Source: an uncultured Chitinophagaceae bacterium (GTDB taxonomy: Bacteria > Bacteroidota > Bacteroidia > Chitinophagales > JADJOU01). Taken from it: a stretch of 64,000 bases of DNA. The notes beneath the pieces were generated by a model that was not told the DNA's origin, did no database searches, and worked only from the letters and a program-made list of their open reading frames with translations. Positions 27,771 through 36,604 of the stretch are shown here, one piece after another; the first letter of the stretch is position 1; the number at the start of each line of letters is the position of its first letter. The DNA lies in the NCBI GenBank assembly GCA_964465185.1, contig CAYXKX010000001.1, positions 107,613 through 171,612 of the forward strand, given 5' to 3'. Both the position numbers and the translations under genes were made by a program.

Positions 27771-29786
27771 CTAGTAAGGGTCATACTCTTCCAGTAAAAT
27801 TCTAAACTCGCAGCGCCTGTTTCGCTGTCTCCCTTCGGCATTATCAGTACCATCTGGGTTTTCATTGGGGGCCAAAGGAACATACTCGCCATATCCTTTG
27901 CTCGTCAGCCTTTCAGGATATATTTTCTTATTGTCTATCAGGTAAAATCGAATGGCCTCTGCTCTTCTTTGGCTAAGGGTTTCGTTATATTCATCCGTGC
28001 CGCGGCTATCGGTGTGCGCACTGAGTTCTATTTTCAATGTGGGATTAGATCTTAAAACTGGAACGACCAAAGAGTCAATAATGTGCCTTGCCTCAGATGT
28101 CAAGGTAAAACTATCAAATTCAAATTCGACCAAGGGCAATAAAATGGGATTGAAATCTATTGGATCGAGCTCAAATTCTATGATATATAGCGAATCATTT
28201 TGTACCTCTATCAGTGCTTTTTTTCTATAAAATTTGGGTGAGTGAACTTCTATCTCATAGGTCGTTTTAATCATCAAATCTTTTATCACTGCAGTATCCT
28301 GTCCAACACCATTTTCAATAAAGGATAAATCATTGGAATCAATTTTAAATAGCTGGTAGGAAAAACCAGGAATCACTTCTTTGGTTTTTTTATTAATCGC
28401 TTGCACTTTTATTTTCCCAAATTTTTTATTTCTTAGGACGATTGTCATCTCAAAAAAGAAAATATCGTCACAACAATGTGGGTTGATGAGCGAATTTTCG
28501 CTATACCTATTCGAGACAAGGTAGCCTTCCGTTACTGATTTATTGGGGGTAAAAAAAACATCGTCTTGGGGAGAGTTTATCTCTTCTCCCAACGAAGATA
28601 CATTTTCAAAAAAACTACTTTTCAAAATGCTATAATATACATCGTGACCACCTTTGCCACCTCTCCCATTCGAACTAAAGTAGAGCGTATTTGTTGGCGT
28701 ATGATAATATGGGGTTATGTCATCTTTAGGAGTATTGATTTTGCCGCCTAGATTTCTAGGGGTACTAAAGGTCAAAGTACGAGTATTGTAGAAACTCATA
28801 AAAATATCAAATCCACCACGTCCACCCGGCCTATCACTGGCGAAAAAAAGGAAAGGAGAATTTCTTACTGCATCGAAACCAATGGAAACATGTGTATTGG
28901 AGGATTCAGGGGTTGTCAACTCAGGAATGAGTTCGGGTTTTGTCCAGACCTTATCTTTGAATTTGGATTGATAAATATCGCATTTATATTTCTTCAATTC
29001 TTCGCTGTACTTGCACCCACTCAAGTAGAGGACTCTTTTATCAAGGCTAAAGGCAAAGCTGCTGATTTCCATTTCGGGAGTTTCTAGGGGAAAATTTTGC
29101 AATTCCGTAAAGACTTCTTTTTGCCCTTTAGCCGAATAAATGGCTCTCGTAGCCATAATCTTTGATTTTTCCAACTTGGTGGATTTGTAATAATTCACAG
29201 CCTTCATATCTTGTGAACCAAAGAGAATACCTTCATTGGTTATGATAGGATTGAATTCAGCGCCTGAGGCATTTACTGGTCCTTCCAATGCATAGATTCG
29301 GGAAGAAATGGTATCGGCCGATTTGCCGCCAAAAGAATCGAGATACATTTTTAAGTTAGCCATGTGGGTATGCTCTGCTTTATATTCTGCCAACATCCCC
29401 TTTTTTTTAAGAAAGAACAAGGCGTAGTCTCTTGCTTTCTTTGGCTCCCGTTCGCTATTGTATAAAATGGCAGCATAGTAAAAGACCAATGGATGATCAT
29501 ATTTATTCTTTATTAACTCATTGATTAGTTGGAGAGCCAACTTATTCTCTCCAAGAATGTGAAGTAATTTAGCATATTCAAATTTTTGTAGGTCGCTTTC
29601 TATGCCTTTTTCAACGAGCGCATCGAAATATCGTTTTGCTAGGAAATAATCCTTAAGTTCAATAGCTTTAAGTGCTTGTTTAAAAATTTTGGATTTAGAA
29701 GAAGGGATTATTACATCCACCTTCTCCTGACTATGAGTAGAAAAAATGAAAAGTAAAAAAAAAGTAAAACATAGCCAACGCATCAT
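27771..29786 (-). CDS. OmpA-family protein with TPR, beta-propeller (PD40), CRD-like and OmpA_C domains (PG1058-like), coupled to the PorP/SprF-like gene
   Basis: PD40-like motifs FFASDRPGGRGGFDIF and YFSSNGRGGKGGHDVY. The OmpA_C region reads ELSAHTDSRGTDEYNETLSQRRAEA...NRRCEFRIL. The ATG at 29786 overlaps the upstream TGA stop (ATGA), so I prefer it to the ORF-track TTG at 29798. Confidence 0.75.
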   Translation of the reverse strand: MMRWLCFTFFLLFIFSTHSQEKVDVIIPSSKSKIFKQALKAIELKDYFLAKRYFDALVEKGIESDLQKFEYAKLLHILGENKLALQLINELIKNKYDHPLVFYYAAILYNSEREPKKARDYALFFLKKKGMLAEYKAEHTHMANLKMYLDSFGGKSADTISSRIYALEGPVNASGAEFNPIITNEGILFGSQDMKAVNYYKSTKLEKSKIMATRAIYSAKGQKEVFTELQNFPLETPEMEISSFAFSLDKRVLYLSGCKYSEELKKYKCDIYQSKFKDKVWTKPELIPELTTPESSNTHVSIGFDAVRNSPFLFFASDRPGGRGGFDIFMSFYNTRTLTFSTPRNLGGKINTPKDDITPYYHTPTNTLYFSSNGRGGKGGHDVYYSILKSSFFENVSSLGEEINSPQDDVFFTPNKSVTEGYLVSNRYSENSLINPHCCDDIFFFEMTIVLRNKKFGKIKVQAINKKTKEVIPGFSYQLFKIDSNDLSFIENGVGQDTAVIKDLMIKTTYEIEVHSPKFYRKKALIEVQNDSLYIIEFELDPIDFNPILLPLVEFEFDSFTLTSEARHIIDSLVVPVLRSNPTLKIELSAHTDSRGTDEYNETLSQRRAEAIRFYLIDNKKIYPERLTSKGYGEYVPLAPNENPDGTDNAEGRQRNRRCEFRILLEEYDPY

Positions 29787-30772
29787 AAACGGAGACAATC
29801 TATAGAATAATATTGATGTTTAGGAGCCTTGAAAATATAGGATAGGGATAATTCGTATACATTTTTCATCCCTTCTTGGCCTAGTCCAGAAGTGACTTGA
29901 TCATAGCTGACACCGATTCTCAAACTAGAGAGCCTTACGCCCACGACGGGTATTAAAGCATCGCTATTTCTGCTTATTCCCCATCGATATAAAACTCCTC
30001 CATAGATATCTGTTTTTTCATTCATAGTAAATTTTACTAAAGCCCCAGAATTGATATTATTCGTACTTGCAGTATTGATAATGCCAATCTTTGGCATTAA
30101 GGTTATGTTCTTCTTTAGCTGGTAATAAAGATGATAGTTGAATGTGAGTTTAAATGGTTGGTAAAATACGAAGTCAGACCCTTGATTTTGAGCTACGTAT
30201 AAAGCTGCTAGATCTAGGGTATGAAGGAGCTTTGTCTTTTGGATATTGATACTGGTTCCTATTCCTAAAAATGGGGTATAAATGTTTTCATTATTGAAAT
30301 TTTCTAAATGCGGAATACTATGTTGAAACTGACCTGTGCTCGGATCCCACTGTCTATCATAGGTCAGTTTGCTATAGTCAATCGATGTCATTCGCGTTCC
30401 GCCTTGGAATCCAATGCCTCCCAATATAGTTCGAGAGAATCTTTTTTGATAGGAGATGCTTCCTGACAAGCGAATTTGATGGTACATGAGATAACTCAAC
30501 TGATCACGAAGAAAGGAAAGCGAAAACGCCCAGTAATGGTCTTCTTTGTCAAGTTTGAACGTAGCATCTGCGTACATTGTAGTCAGAGGAGTGTTAAATT
30601 GAGACCACTGATTGCGATATTGCCCGCTCAATTTCAAATTGCCATCAAAATTGCCGATATGGGTAGGGTTGGCAAAAGCAGATGGTTCCCAAAACTGGGA
30701 GAAATGGATATCCTGACCCTGTAATCCAAGAGATAAAAAAATAAGAATACCAATCCCACTAGTTGTTTTCAA
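29783..30772 (-). CDS. Type IX secretion system membrane protein, PorP/SprF family
   Basis: 329 aa. After the signal peptide comes QDIHFSQFWEPSAFANPTHIG, the hallmark family N-terminus (D..FSQ(Y/F)......NPA..G), then beta-barrel-like sequence. TTG start. Confidence 0.8.
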   Translation of the reverse strand: MKTTSGIGILIFLSLGLQGQDIHFSQFWEPSAFANPTHIGNFDGNLKLSGQYRNQWSQFNTPLTTMYADATFKLDKEDHYWAFSLSFLRDQLSYLMYHQIRLSGSISYQKRFSRTILGGIGFQGGTRMTSIDYSKLTYDRQWDPSTGQFQHSIPHLENFNNENIYTPFLGIGTSINIQKTKLLHTLDLAALYVAQNQGSDFVFYQPFKLTFNYHLYYQLKKNITLMPKIGIINTASTNNINSGALVKFTMNEKTDIYGGVLYRWGISRNSDALIPVVGVRLSSLRIGVSYDQVTSGLGQEGMKNVYELSLSYIFKAPKHQYYSIDCLRL

Positions 30773-30904
30773 GTTTCAATAATTGTCTTTAGGTACATAC
30801 GAAGGTACAAAAAATTAGCTGAAAAGCAAAATTTATTCTCTTAAAGGTTTGGAGAAATGAAAAAAAAACCATATAACCTTTATCATTTATTGGAAAAATT
30901 ACTT

Positions 30905-30912
30905 TATATTTG
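30905..30912 (+). promoter_or_regulatory. Candidate Bacteroidota -7 promoter box (TATATTTG) for the 215-aa / 1498-aa gene pair
   Basis: Exact match to the TAnnTTTG consensus, 82 nt upstream of the ATG at 30995, in the 222-bp divergent intergenic region. A near-match, TATCTTGG, lies at 30945..30952. Confidence 0.3.
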
Positions 30913-30994
30913 TGATAGGAGTAGCTTTAATTAAGACCCTCACCTATCTTGGTTGAACTCTCTATAAAATACATAGTATGTAAAAACAATAAAT

Positions 30995-31642
30995 ATGAAA
31001 CGCTACATGATCCTAGTTTTATTTACCTTGGTCTATGTGGGACTAAATCTGAGTTCGGTCTATGGACAGTCGTCTGCGGTGCAGAGTATGTATAGCGCAC
31101 TGCCTATGCAGATTCGAATGGCAGAGCATCATGTCTTGATATCCAGTGACCATGGCAAGGATAGTTTAGTGAAAACAGACTATCTAGAGGTTTACAAATT
31201 TTCATTACCTGGCAACTATAGTCTTCGACTCATTCCTGATCCTCGTTTACGATACTGTAGCCATAATCACCTCGATTCTGTATATAAAATAAATATAGCA
31301 CCATATGCATTGACCTATCGTGCCGAGACCATCCGATTCTCAAAACCCCTTAGGGCAAAGCAGTCGCTAGATAATATAGTCATGGAAATCAGCGTATATC
31401 TAGAAGCTCATAATAGGGATAGCCTAGCCATAACGCATAGAGTCTTTACCACCTCGGGTATCGGCACGAGTATACGGGGAATCCTCGATAGTCGTATCAC
31501 CCATCTCCACCCCGGAGAGAATAGACTGCGATATCATTTGCAAGGTCTATGCTCCAATGAGACCTATATCCAGTTTGACTTTATAGACCCTCTCGGTGTC
31601 TTCCATCCTATAGGTTACCCATATTTATTAAAGCATGATTAG
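30995..31642 (+). CDS. Hypothetical secreted protein, coupled to the downstream giant gene
   Basis: Signal peptide MKRYMILVLFTLVYVGLNLSSVYGQ. 215 aa with no recognisable motif. Its stop overlaps or abuts the start of the next gene (ATGATTAGTATG). It is GC-rich relative to the window. Confidence 0.55.
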   Translation: MKRYMILVLFTLVYVGLNLSSVYGQSSAVQSMYSALPMQIRMAEHHVLISSDHGKDSLVKTDYLEVYKFSLPGNYSLRLIPDPRLRYCSHNHLDSVYKINIAPYALTYRAETIRFSKPLRAKQSLDNIVMEISVYLEAHNRDSLAITHRVFTTSGIGTSIRGILDSRITHLHPGENRLRYHLQGLCSNETYIQFDFIDPLGVFHPIGYPYLLKHD

Positions 31643-34600
31643 TATGCGATACCTAGGTTTATTTCTCATTTTTTGTATAGCTACGAACTGGCTAAGCGCC
31701 CAGTGTATTATCTCCTGCAATCAAAACGCCGGGGTATTTACCAATAATGACCCCAATACTATCGCTTATGACAATATGTCGTCGAGTCATCATAGTACAG
31801 TAGTGTCGGAGGATCAAGGATTTATGGTGTGGGGAGAAGGGGTAGATCAGAGCGGTTCTAATGCATTGAGTCCGAGGAGGATCGATGCATCGAACTATCC
31901 AGCACTGACTGGCACGGTCTATGCAGCCGGTGTAGGCTCAAGAGGAGGTCCTGCGCAACTTATTGTGCTAACCTCTACGGGGCTTTTCGTCTGTGGCGAT
32001 TCAGGGGCGGTATTGCACAATAGTCTGGTATCGACACCGAGTTTTCAAAAGCTGACAATCAATGGTAAGGGAGATGGGTTGCCTGTCGGCATCTCTCCCG
32101 ATAGTGTCAAAATGATGTTCGTCACTAGGGAAACAATCATTATCACCACTTGTAGTGGACGGGTCTTTGTCTTATCTCGCCATGCCAATGTGAGAGGCGA
32201 TAGTGGGCTAGGGACTACATCTAACTGGTCTCAGGTCATGACCAATACGGGCGTACCGCTGACAGGTATCATAGCTGCCCGCGGAGGGGCTCGCATGGGC
32301 TTTGCCCTTCGCAGCGACAATACGTTGTGGACATGGGGCGATGCAACACATCTAGGCGATGGCAGTTCACAGACCCATAGGAGTCTTGCTACTCAGATGG
32401 TCTTCCCCTCAGGCTGCACCAAAATAAGAATGATACAAGGCATGTATGGCGGTGTAGCAGGTCATAATTATTATGTATTGGATACCAATAATCAAGTATT
32501 TTGTCTAGGCCTTAACAGTTTTGGGCAGGTGATGGACACAGGACTATTCACCCGTACCACGTGGATACAAGCCAGATATGCTAATGGCACCCTGGTCAAT
32601 AATGCCAAGTGGATCTCTGCTAGTGAGCATGCACCTGATCTTGGAGTGGCTATCATTAATGCGAGCGCCCAGGTGTATACGGCTGGTTATAATTCAGGTA
32701 TGATGCTAGGTCGTCCCGTAAATGCTGGTGTCAATTATCTGGGCATACCTGCTGGTATATCTGCTACCGATTCTATTTTTTTCTGTGAAGTGGGGGGACA
32801 TACATCCGCCTATATCCGCAAGAATACAGCCCGCTATGGCTATGTAGGTCATAGAATCAATGGTTCTATGGGAGATAGTTCGGCGGTTAATACAACCGTA
32901 CTCCCTGTCAATTTTACCCTACCGCCCGTCGTGCGTATCTGTGGTACGAACTGCGATACGCCACGGGTGGTCAAGCTCCCCTATAACTGCATAGATAGTG
33001 TGGCTCGCTTTGTTTTTACGGGGCGGTTTAATACCAAGATTTATTTTCAGATCAATGGGGTAGCAGACAGTATCTATATCGGTGCAGGCAATAAGGCTAC
33101 CTATACCATACAGAAACCGACCACAGATATGGCTATCGTTATACCTCAGGTCAAGGGTTTGTACTGTGATTTTAATTTAAATCTGCGCGATACCCTGAGA
33201 CGCTTTGGCGTCAAGGACAGTGTCTTATCCATATGTCGCGGACAGTCGGTAAGTTTTAATGGAATAACCCGCAGCACGACAGGTCTCTACCGAGATACCC
33301 TGACAACCACCCTCGGCTGTGATAGTTTTATCAATTTAAATCTGCTGGTAAACGATTCTACCTCACAGACTTTAAATTTCAGTATATGCAAAAACAAACC
33401 AGTTTTATTCAATGGAGTCTTACGAAATACTGCTGGTTTTTACCGAGATACCTTGGTGAATAGTCGTGGATGTGACAGTTTTTTATATCTGAATCTATCT
33501 ATTCTCGACACCAGTTCTCGACATATCTATGACACAATATGCTCGAATCAGTCTTATTTTTTCAATGGACAGAACCAAACTCTTGCGGGTATGTACAGAG
33601 ATACCTTAGTCAATAGTCAAAGCTGTGATAGTTTTCTCTATTTACATCTCTTTGTCAAACCTACTTCGACCTATCATTATTCTCATACCATCTGCTCGAA
33701 TCAGTCCTATTTTTTCAATGGAGAGGGCAAAAGATTTCCAGGGGTGTATGGGGATACCCTCTTGAATAGTGTCGGCTGTGATTCGTTTGTATATCTTACC
33801 CTAAATGTAAACGATACTAGTAGAGGCATACTGTATGATACTATCTGTGCGAATCATCCAAAGTTGTTTAATGGCAAGTATCCGTCTATAACTGGTATAT
33901 ACCGAGATACGCTAATAAATCGACTGGGATGCGATAGTTTTGTGAATTTATATTTAACTGTAAAAGATACTTCTTCCAATCACTATTTTCAAACGACTTG
34001 CAAGAATCTACCCATATGGTTCAATGGTAACTTATTGAAGACATCTGGTGTTTACAAGGATACTTTGGTGAATCATCAGGGATGTGATTCGTTTGTATAT
34101 CTCAGCCTAAATGTAAACGATACGAGTGCGAGTAATAGATATGATACTATTTGCCGCAATTCTACCCTGTTTTTCAATAATCAGCTTCTATCACTAGCAG
34201 GACATTATCGCGATACATTGACCAATTCCTTGGGCTGCGATAGTATTATCCATTTATATTTAACTGTCAAATCAACGTCCTCATATAGCTATAGCGCTAA
34301 GATTTGTGCAGATAGTTTCTATAGTTTTAATGGCAAACAACATACACAATCTGGCACTTACTATGATACCTTGCAGAACAGTCAAGGTTGTGATAGTATT
34401 GTCACTTTATCTTTGCAGGTCATTAGTCTACCCGTGGCCATAGCAGGAGCTAACCAGACTCGAGTCCATTGTCCTGGAGACAGTATACGTCTGGGTAAGA
34501 GTGCACAGTCCAATTGCTCCTATGTTTGGAATCCTAATCTTGGATTAAATGCCCATACGGTCGCTCAACCTTGGACGAAAACGTCTGTTTCCACTTCATA

Positions 34601-36131
34601 CTATCTTTACGTATTGGATTTGGTCACAAAGTGCGCAAATCGAGATACTGTAGAGATAAATGTCGTCAATAGTAGCTTGAATGCAATAAAAGTGACTAAA
34701 CACTTGCGATGTTTTAATGACTCGTCAGGGGAGATTAGACTCACTGCGATGAATGGTTTTCCACCTTATCAGTATAAGAGAAGTGAAGGTTTATGGCAGG
34801 CTGATCCTGTGATTAAGGGGCTAAAGGCAGTCTCTGTAGATTCTTTTTATATAATGGATAGCCGAGGATGTCTGGTCTCCGATACTTATAGTATTCTGCA
34901 ACCAATGGCGATGACCATAAAAACGATTAGAGAGCAGCACTTACTATGTTACCAAGATAAAAAAGGTCTCATTGAAGTATCCGCAGAAGGTGGAATTTCG
35001 CCCTATCGCTATGCTTGGGATAGGTCGAGTAGCACCACTCCCTTAATAGATAATTTAGAGGCCGGGCAGTATGAGGTCACTGTTAAAGACGATAGTCTAT
35101 GCAAGGTCACCGAAAAGTATATTTTGACACAGCCAGATGCACTGTCGATAAAGTTAGATTTGATGATTAATAATAAATGTAAAGGCGACGCTATAGGTGA
35201 AATCAAAATAAATGCACTCGGGGGAATAGCACCTTACTCTTATTTCTGGAGTCACGGAACTCAATCTAACCATATATCCAATCTTCAGGATGGAGAATAT
35301 AAGCTTACCGTCGAGGATAAGAACAATTGTAAAAAATCTAGCGAATATAAGATAGGCAATCCTCCTTATTTAGAAATAGACACCATTATTGCATCTGATC
35401 TCGATTGTGATGACATAGGTAATATACAAATAAACGCGAGTCTGGGAGTTTCGCCTTTGAGCTATAGTATAGATAAAGCTAAGAGTTTTCGAAAAAACAA
35501 TAGCTTCTTAGTGACTGATTCTGGATTATACTTTATAGCTGTGAAGGGAGCTAATGGGTGTATAGTAAATGATAGCATTTATATGAAAGCCATAGATAGA
35601 ATTATTTTCAAGATTTTCCCCGAAGAGCAGAACATAGAGCTAGGAGAATCCGCACAACTTTCCTTTAAGATTTTAAAAGGGGACTCTTCGAGAATTAAAG
35701 ATTTGTTATGGACTCCAAGCACAGGTCTAAGCTGCACAGACTGCCCTGACCCAATCGCTACACCTTATACAACCCAGCTGTATAATTTAGAAATCAAAAA
35801 CTGGAATGGTTGTGTAACCCGCGACGATACCAGGATAAATGTGCACACAAACACTGAACTTTATATACCCAATAGTTTTTCTCCACTGGCAGATCATGCA
35901 GAAAACAAATTCTTTAAACTTTACTCTAAAAATATTTTACGAGCTAATATGAAAATATTTAACCGATGGGGTGAAAAAGTTTTTGATGGCGATCGCCCTG
36001 ATATAATGGGATGGGATGGATTTTTTAAAGGCGAAAGAGCTCCTCAAGGCGTATACACTTATACTGTTTCCATTACCTATCTCGATGGACGCAAGCTAGA
36101 AAAACAAGGTTCTCTGCATTTGTTCTGGTAG
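31635..36131 (+). CDS. Giant cell-surface protein: RCC1-like beta-propeller, 8 x 51-aa two-Cys repeats, 4 SprB-like repeats, type-B T9SS (gliding-motility-associated) C-terminal domain
   Basis: Signal peptide ending LSAQ (alternative start ATG at 31644). About seven WG..G.LG-type blades, for example LWTWGDATHLGDGS and FCLGLNSFGQV. The exact tandem repeats lie at 33228..34451. SprB-type modules (C.....G.I...A.GG..PY.Y.W) lie at about 34676..35592. The C-terminus reads YIPNSFSP......N..F......I....MKIFNRWGEKVF...GWDG......AP.GVYTY.V, at about 35854..36128. Confidence 0.8.
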   Translation: MISMRYLGLFLIFCIATNWLSAQCIISCNQNAGVFTNNDPNTIAYDNMSSSHHSTVVSEDQGFMVWGEGVDQSGSNALSPRRIDASNYPALTGTVYAAGVGSRGGPAQLIVLTSTGLFVCGDSGAVLHNSLVSTPSFQKLTINGKGDGLPVGISPDSVKMMFVTRETIIITTCSGRVFVLSRHANVRGDSGLGTTSNWSQVMTNTGVPLTGIIAARGGARMGFALRSDNTLWTWGDATHLGDGSSQTHRSLATQMVFPSGCTKIRMIQGMYGGVAGHNYYVLDTNNQVFCLGLNSFGQVMDTGLFTRTTWIQARYANGTLVNNAKWISASEHAPDLGVAIINASAQVYTAGYNSGMMLGRPVNAGVNYLGIPAGISATDSIFFCEVGGHTSAYIRKNTARYGYVGHRINGSMGDSSAVNTTVLPVNFTLPPVVRICGTNCDTPRVVKLPYNCIDSVARFVFTGRFNTKIYFQINGVADSIYIGAGNKATYTIQKPTTDMAIVIPQVKGLYCDFNLNLRDTLRRFGVKDSVLSICRGQSVSFNGITRSTTGLYRDTLTTTLGCDSFINLNLLVNDSTSQTLNFSICKNKPVLFNGVLRNTAGFYRDTLVNSRGCDSFLYLNLSILDTSSRHIYDTICSNQSYFFNGQNQTLAGMYRDTLVNSQSCDSFLYLHLFVKPTSTYHYSHTICSNQSYFFNGEGKRFPGVYGDTLLNSVGCDSFVYLTLNVNDTSRGILYDTICANHPKLFNGKYPSITGIYRDTLINRLGCDSFVNLYLTVKDTSSNHYFQTTCKNLPIWFNGNLLKTSGVYKDTLVNHQGCDSFVYLSLNVNDTSASNRYDTICRNSTLFFNNQLLSLAGHYRDTLTNSLGCDSIIHLYLTVKSTSSYSYSAKICADSFYSFNGKQHTQSGTYYDTLQNSQGCDSIVTLSLQVISLPVAIAGANQTRVHCPGDSIRLGKSAQSNCSYVWNPNLGLNAHTVAQPWTKTSVSTSYYLYVLDLVTKCANRDTVEINVVNSSLNAIKVTKHLRCFNDSSGEIRLTAMNGFPPYQYKRSEGLWQADPVIKGLKAVSVDSFYIMDSRGCLVSDTYSILQPMAMTIKTIREQHLLCYQDKKGLIEVSAEGGISPYRYAWDRSSSTTPLIDNLEAGQYEVTVKDDSLCKVTEKYILTQPDALSIKLDLMINNKCKGDAIGEIKINALGGIAPYSYFWSHGTQSNHISNLQDGEYKLTVEDKNNCKKSSEYKIGNPPYLEIDTIIASDLDCDDIGNIQINASLGVSPLSYSIDKAKSFRKNNSFLVTDSGLYFIAVKGANGCIVNDSIYMKAIDRIIFKIFPEEQNIELGESAQLSFKILKGDSSRIKDLLWTPSTGLSCTDCPDPIATPYTTQLYNLEIKNWNGCVTRDDTRINVHTNTELYIPNSFSPLADHAENKFFKLYSKNILRANMKIFNRWGEKVFDGDRPDIMGWDGFFKGERAPQGVYTYTVSITYLDGRKLEKQGSLHLFW
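33228..34451 (+). repeat. Eight perfect-period in-frame tandem repeats of 153 bp (51 aa) inside the 1498-aa gene
   Basis: I counted all eight units at exactly 51 aa. Consensus: (T/S)IC.......FNG......G.Y.DTL.N..GCDS...L.L.V.(D/S)TS. Some half-units are nearly identical at the DNA level, for example 33540.. versus 33693.. and 33777.. versus 34083... Confidence 0.85.
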
Positions 36132-36566
36132 CGTTCTTCAATACTCTATGCAGTTGTCGTTTGACTTCTCAAAAGTCAGCGAAATTATCAATTGAAAAAT
36201 TCAACAATTCGTATCAAAATTTTATAATTATATATCCAATATGATTTAGTTAATGAAGAGTTTTTTATGTGCATCCCTGCTTGTCAGCAGATAAGTATTT
36301 GGTTAATCTTAATCTGCGGCAAGATTTACACGAAATTATTGAGAAACAAGATTTTTTATTTTGCAATAATGTTATTAGAAATTAGACCATAACGGTTGTT
36401 GTTATTGACTCAACTAGTTTTTCAGCAGACCCGAACTATGGCTTAAATTACCTTAAATTTATCTTCAATATACTTCAACCTTATTTTACCGAACGCCTTG
36501 AGAAAAGAAAAGCCAAAAAATTTGATGGAAAGCTAGATTTTATTGGAATATTGTGGAAAAGTTTAC

Positions 36567-36574
36567 TATCTTTG
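36567..36574 (+). promoter_or_regulatory. Candidate Bacteroidota -7 promoter box (TATCTTTG) for the 2054-aa gene
   Basis: Exact TAnnTTTG match 30 nt upstream of the ATG at 36605. The same octamer plus a following T (TATCTTTGT) occurs upstream of the SprB-like gene at 56208. Confidence 0.45.
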
Positions 36575-36604
36575 TCAGTTCAAACCTTAAAATTTTCTTT
36601 TGTT

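Noticed and set aside
30773-33250. GC-rich patch, considered as an inserted mobile element
   Set aside because: There is no transposase, integrase, tRNA target, terminal inverted repeats or target-site duplication, and the compositional boundary falls inside an intact ORF. I report it as a compositional anomaly only.
36132-36604. 473-bp AT-rich gap between the two giant genes, examined for a small gene, mobile-element end or terminator
   Set aside because: It contains only a weak 6-bp hairpin (TGACTT/AAGTCA, about 36160..36178) with no T-run. There is no ORF with a plausible start and no inverted or direct repeats. It most likely holds just the promoter region of the downstream gene.
36551-36604. 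ORF-track TTG start for the 2054-aa gene
   Set aside because: An exact -7 promoter box lies downstream of it at 36567..36574, and the ATG at 36605 yields a canonical signal peptide.
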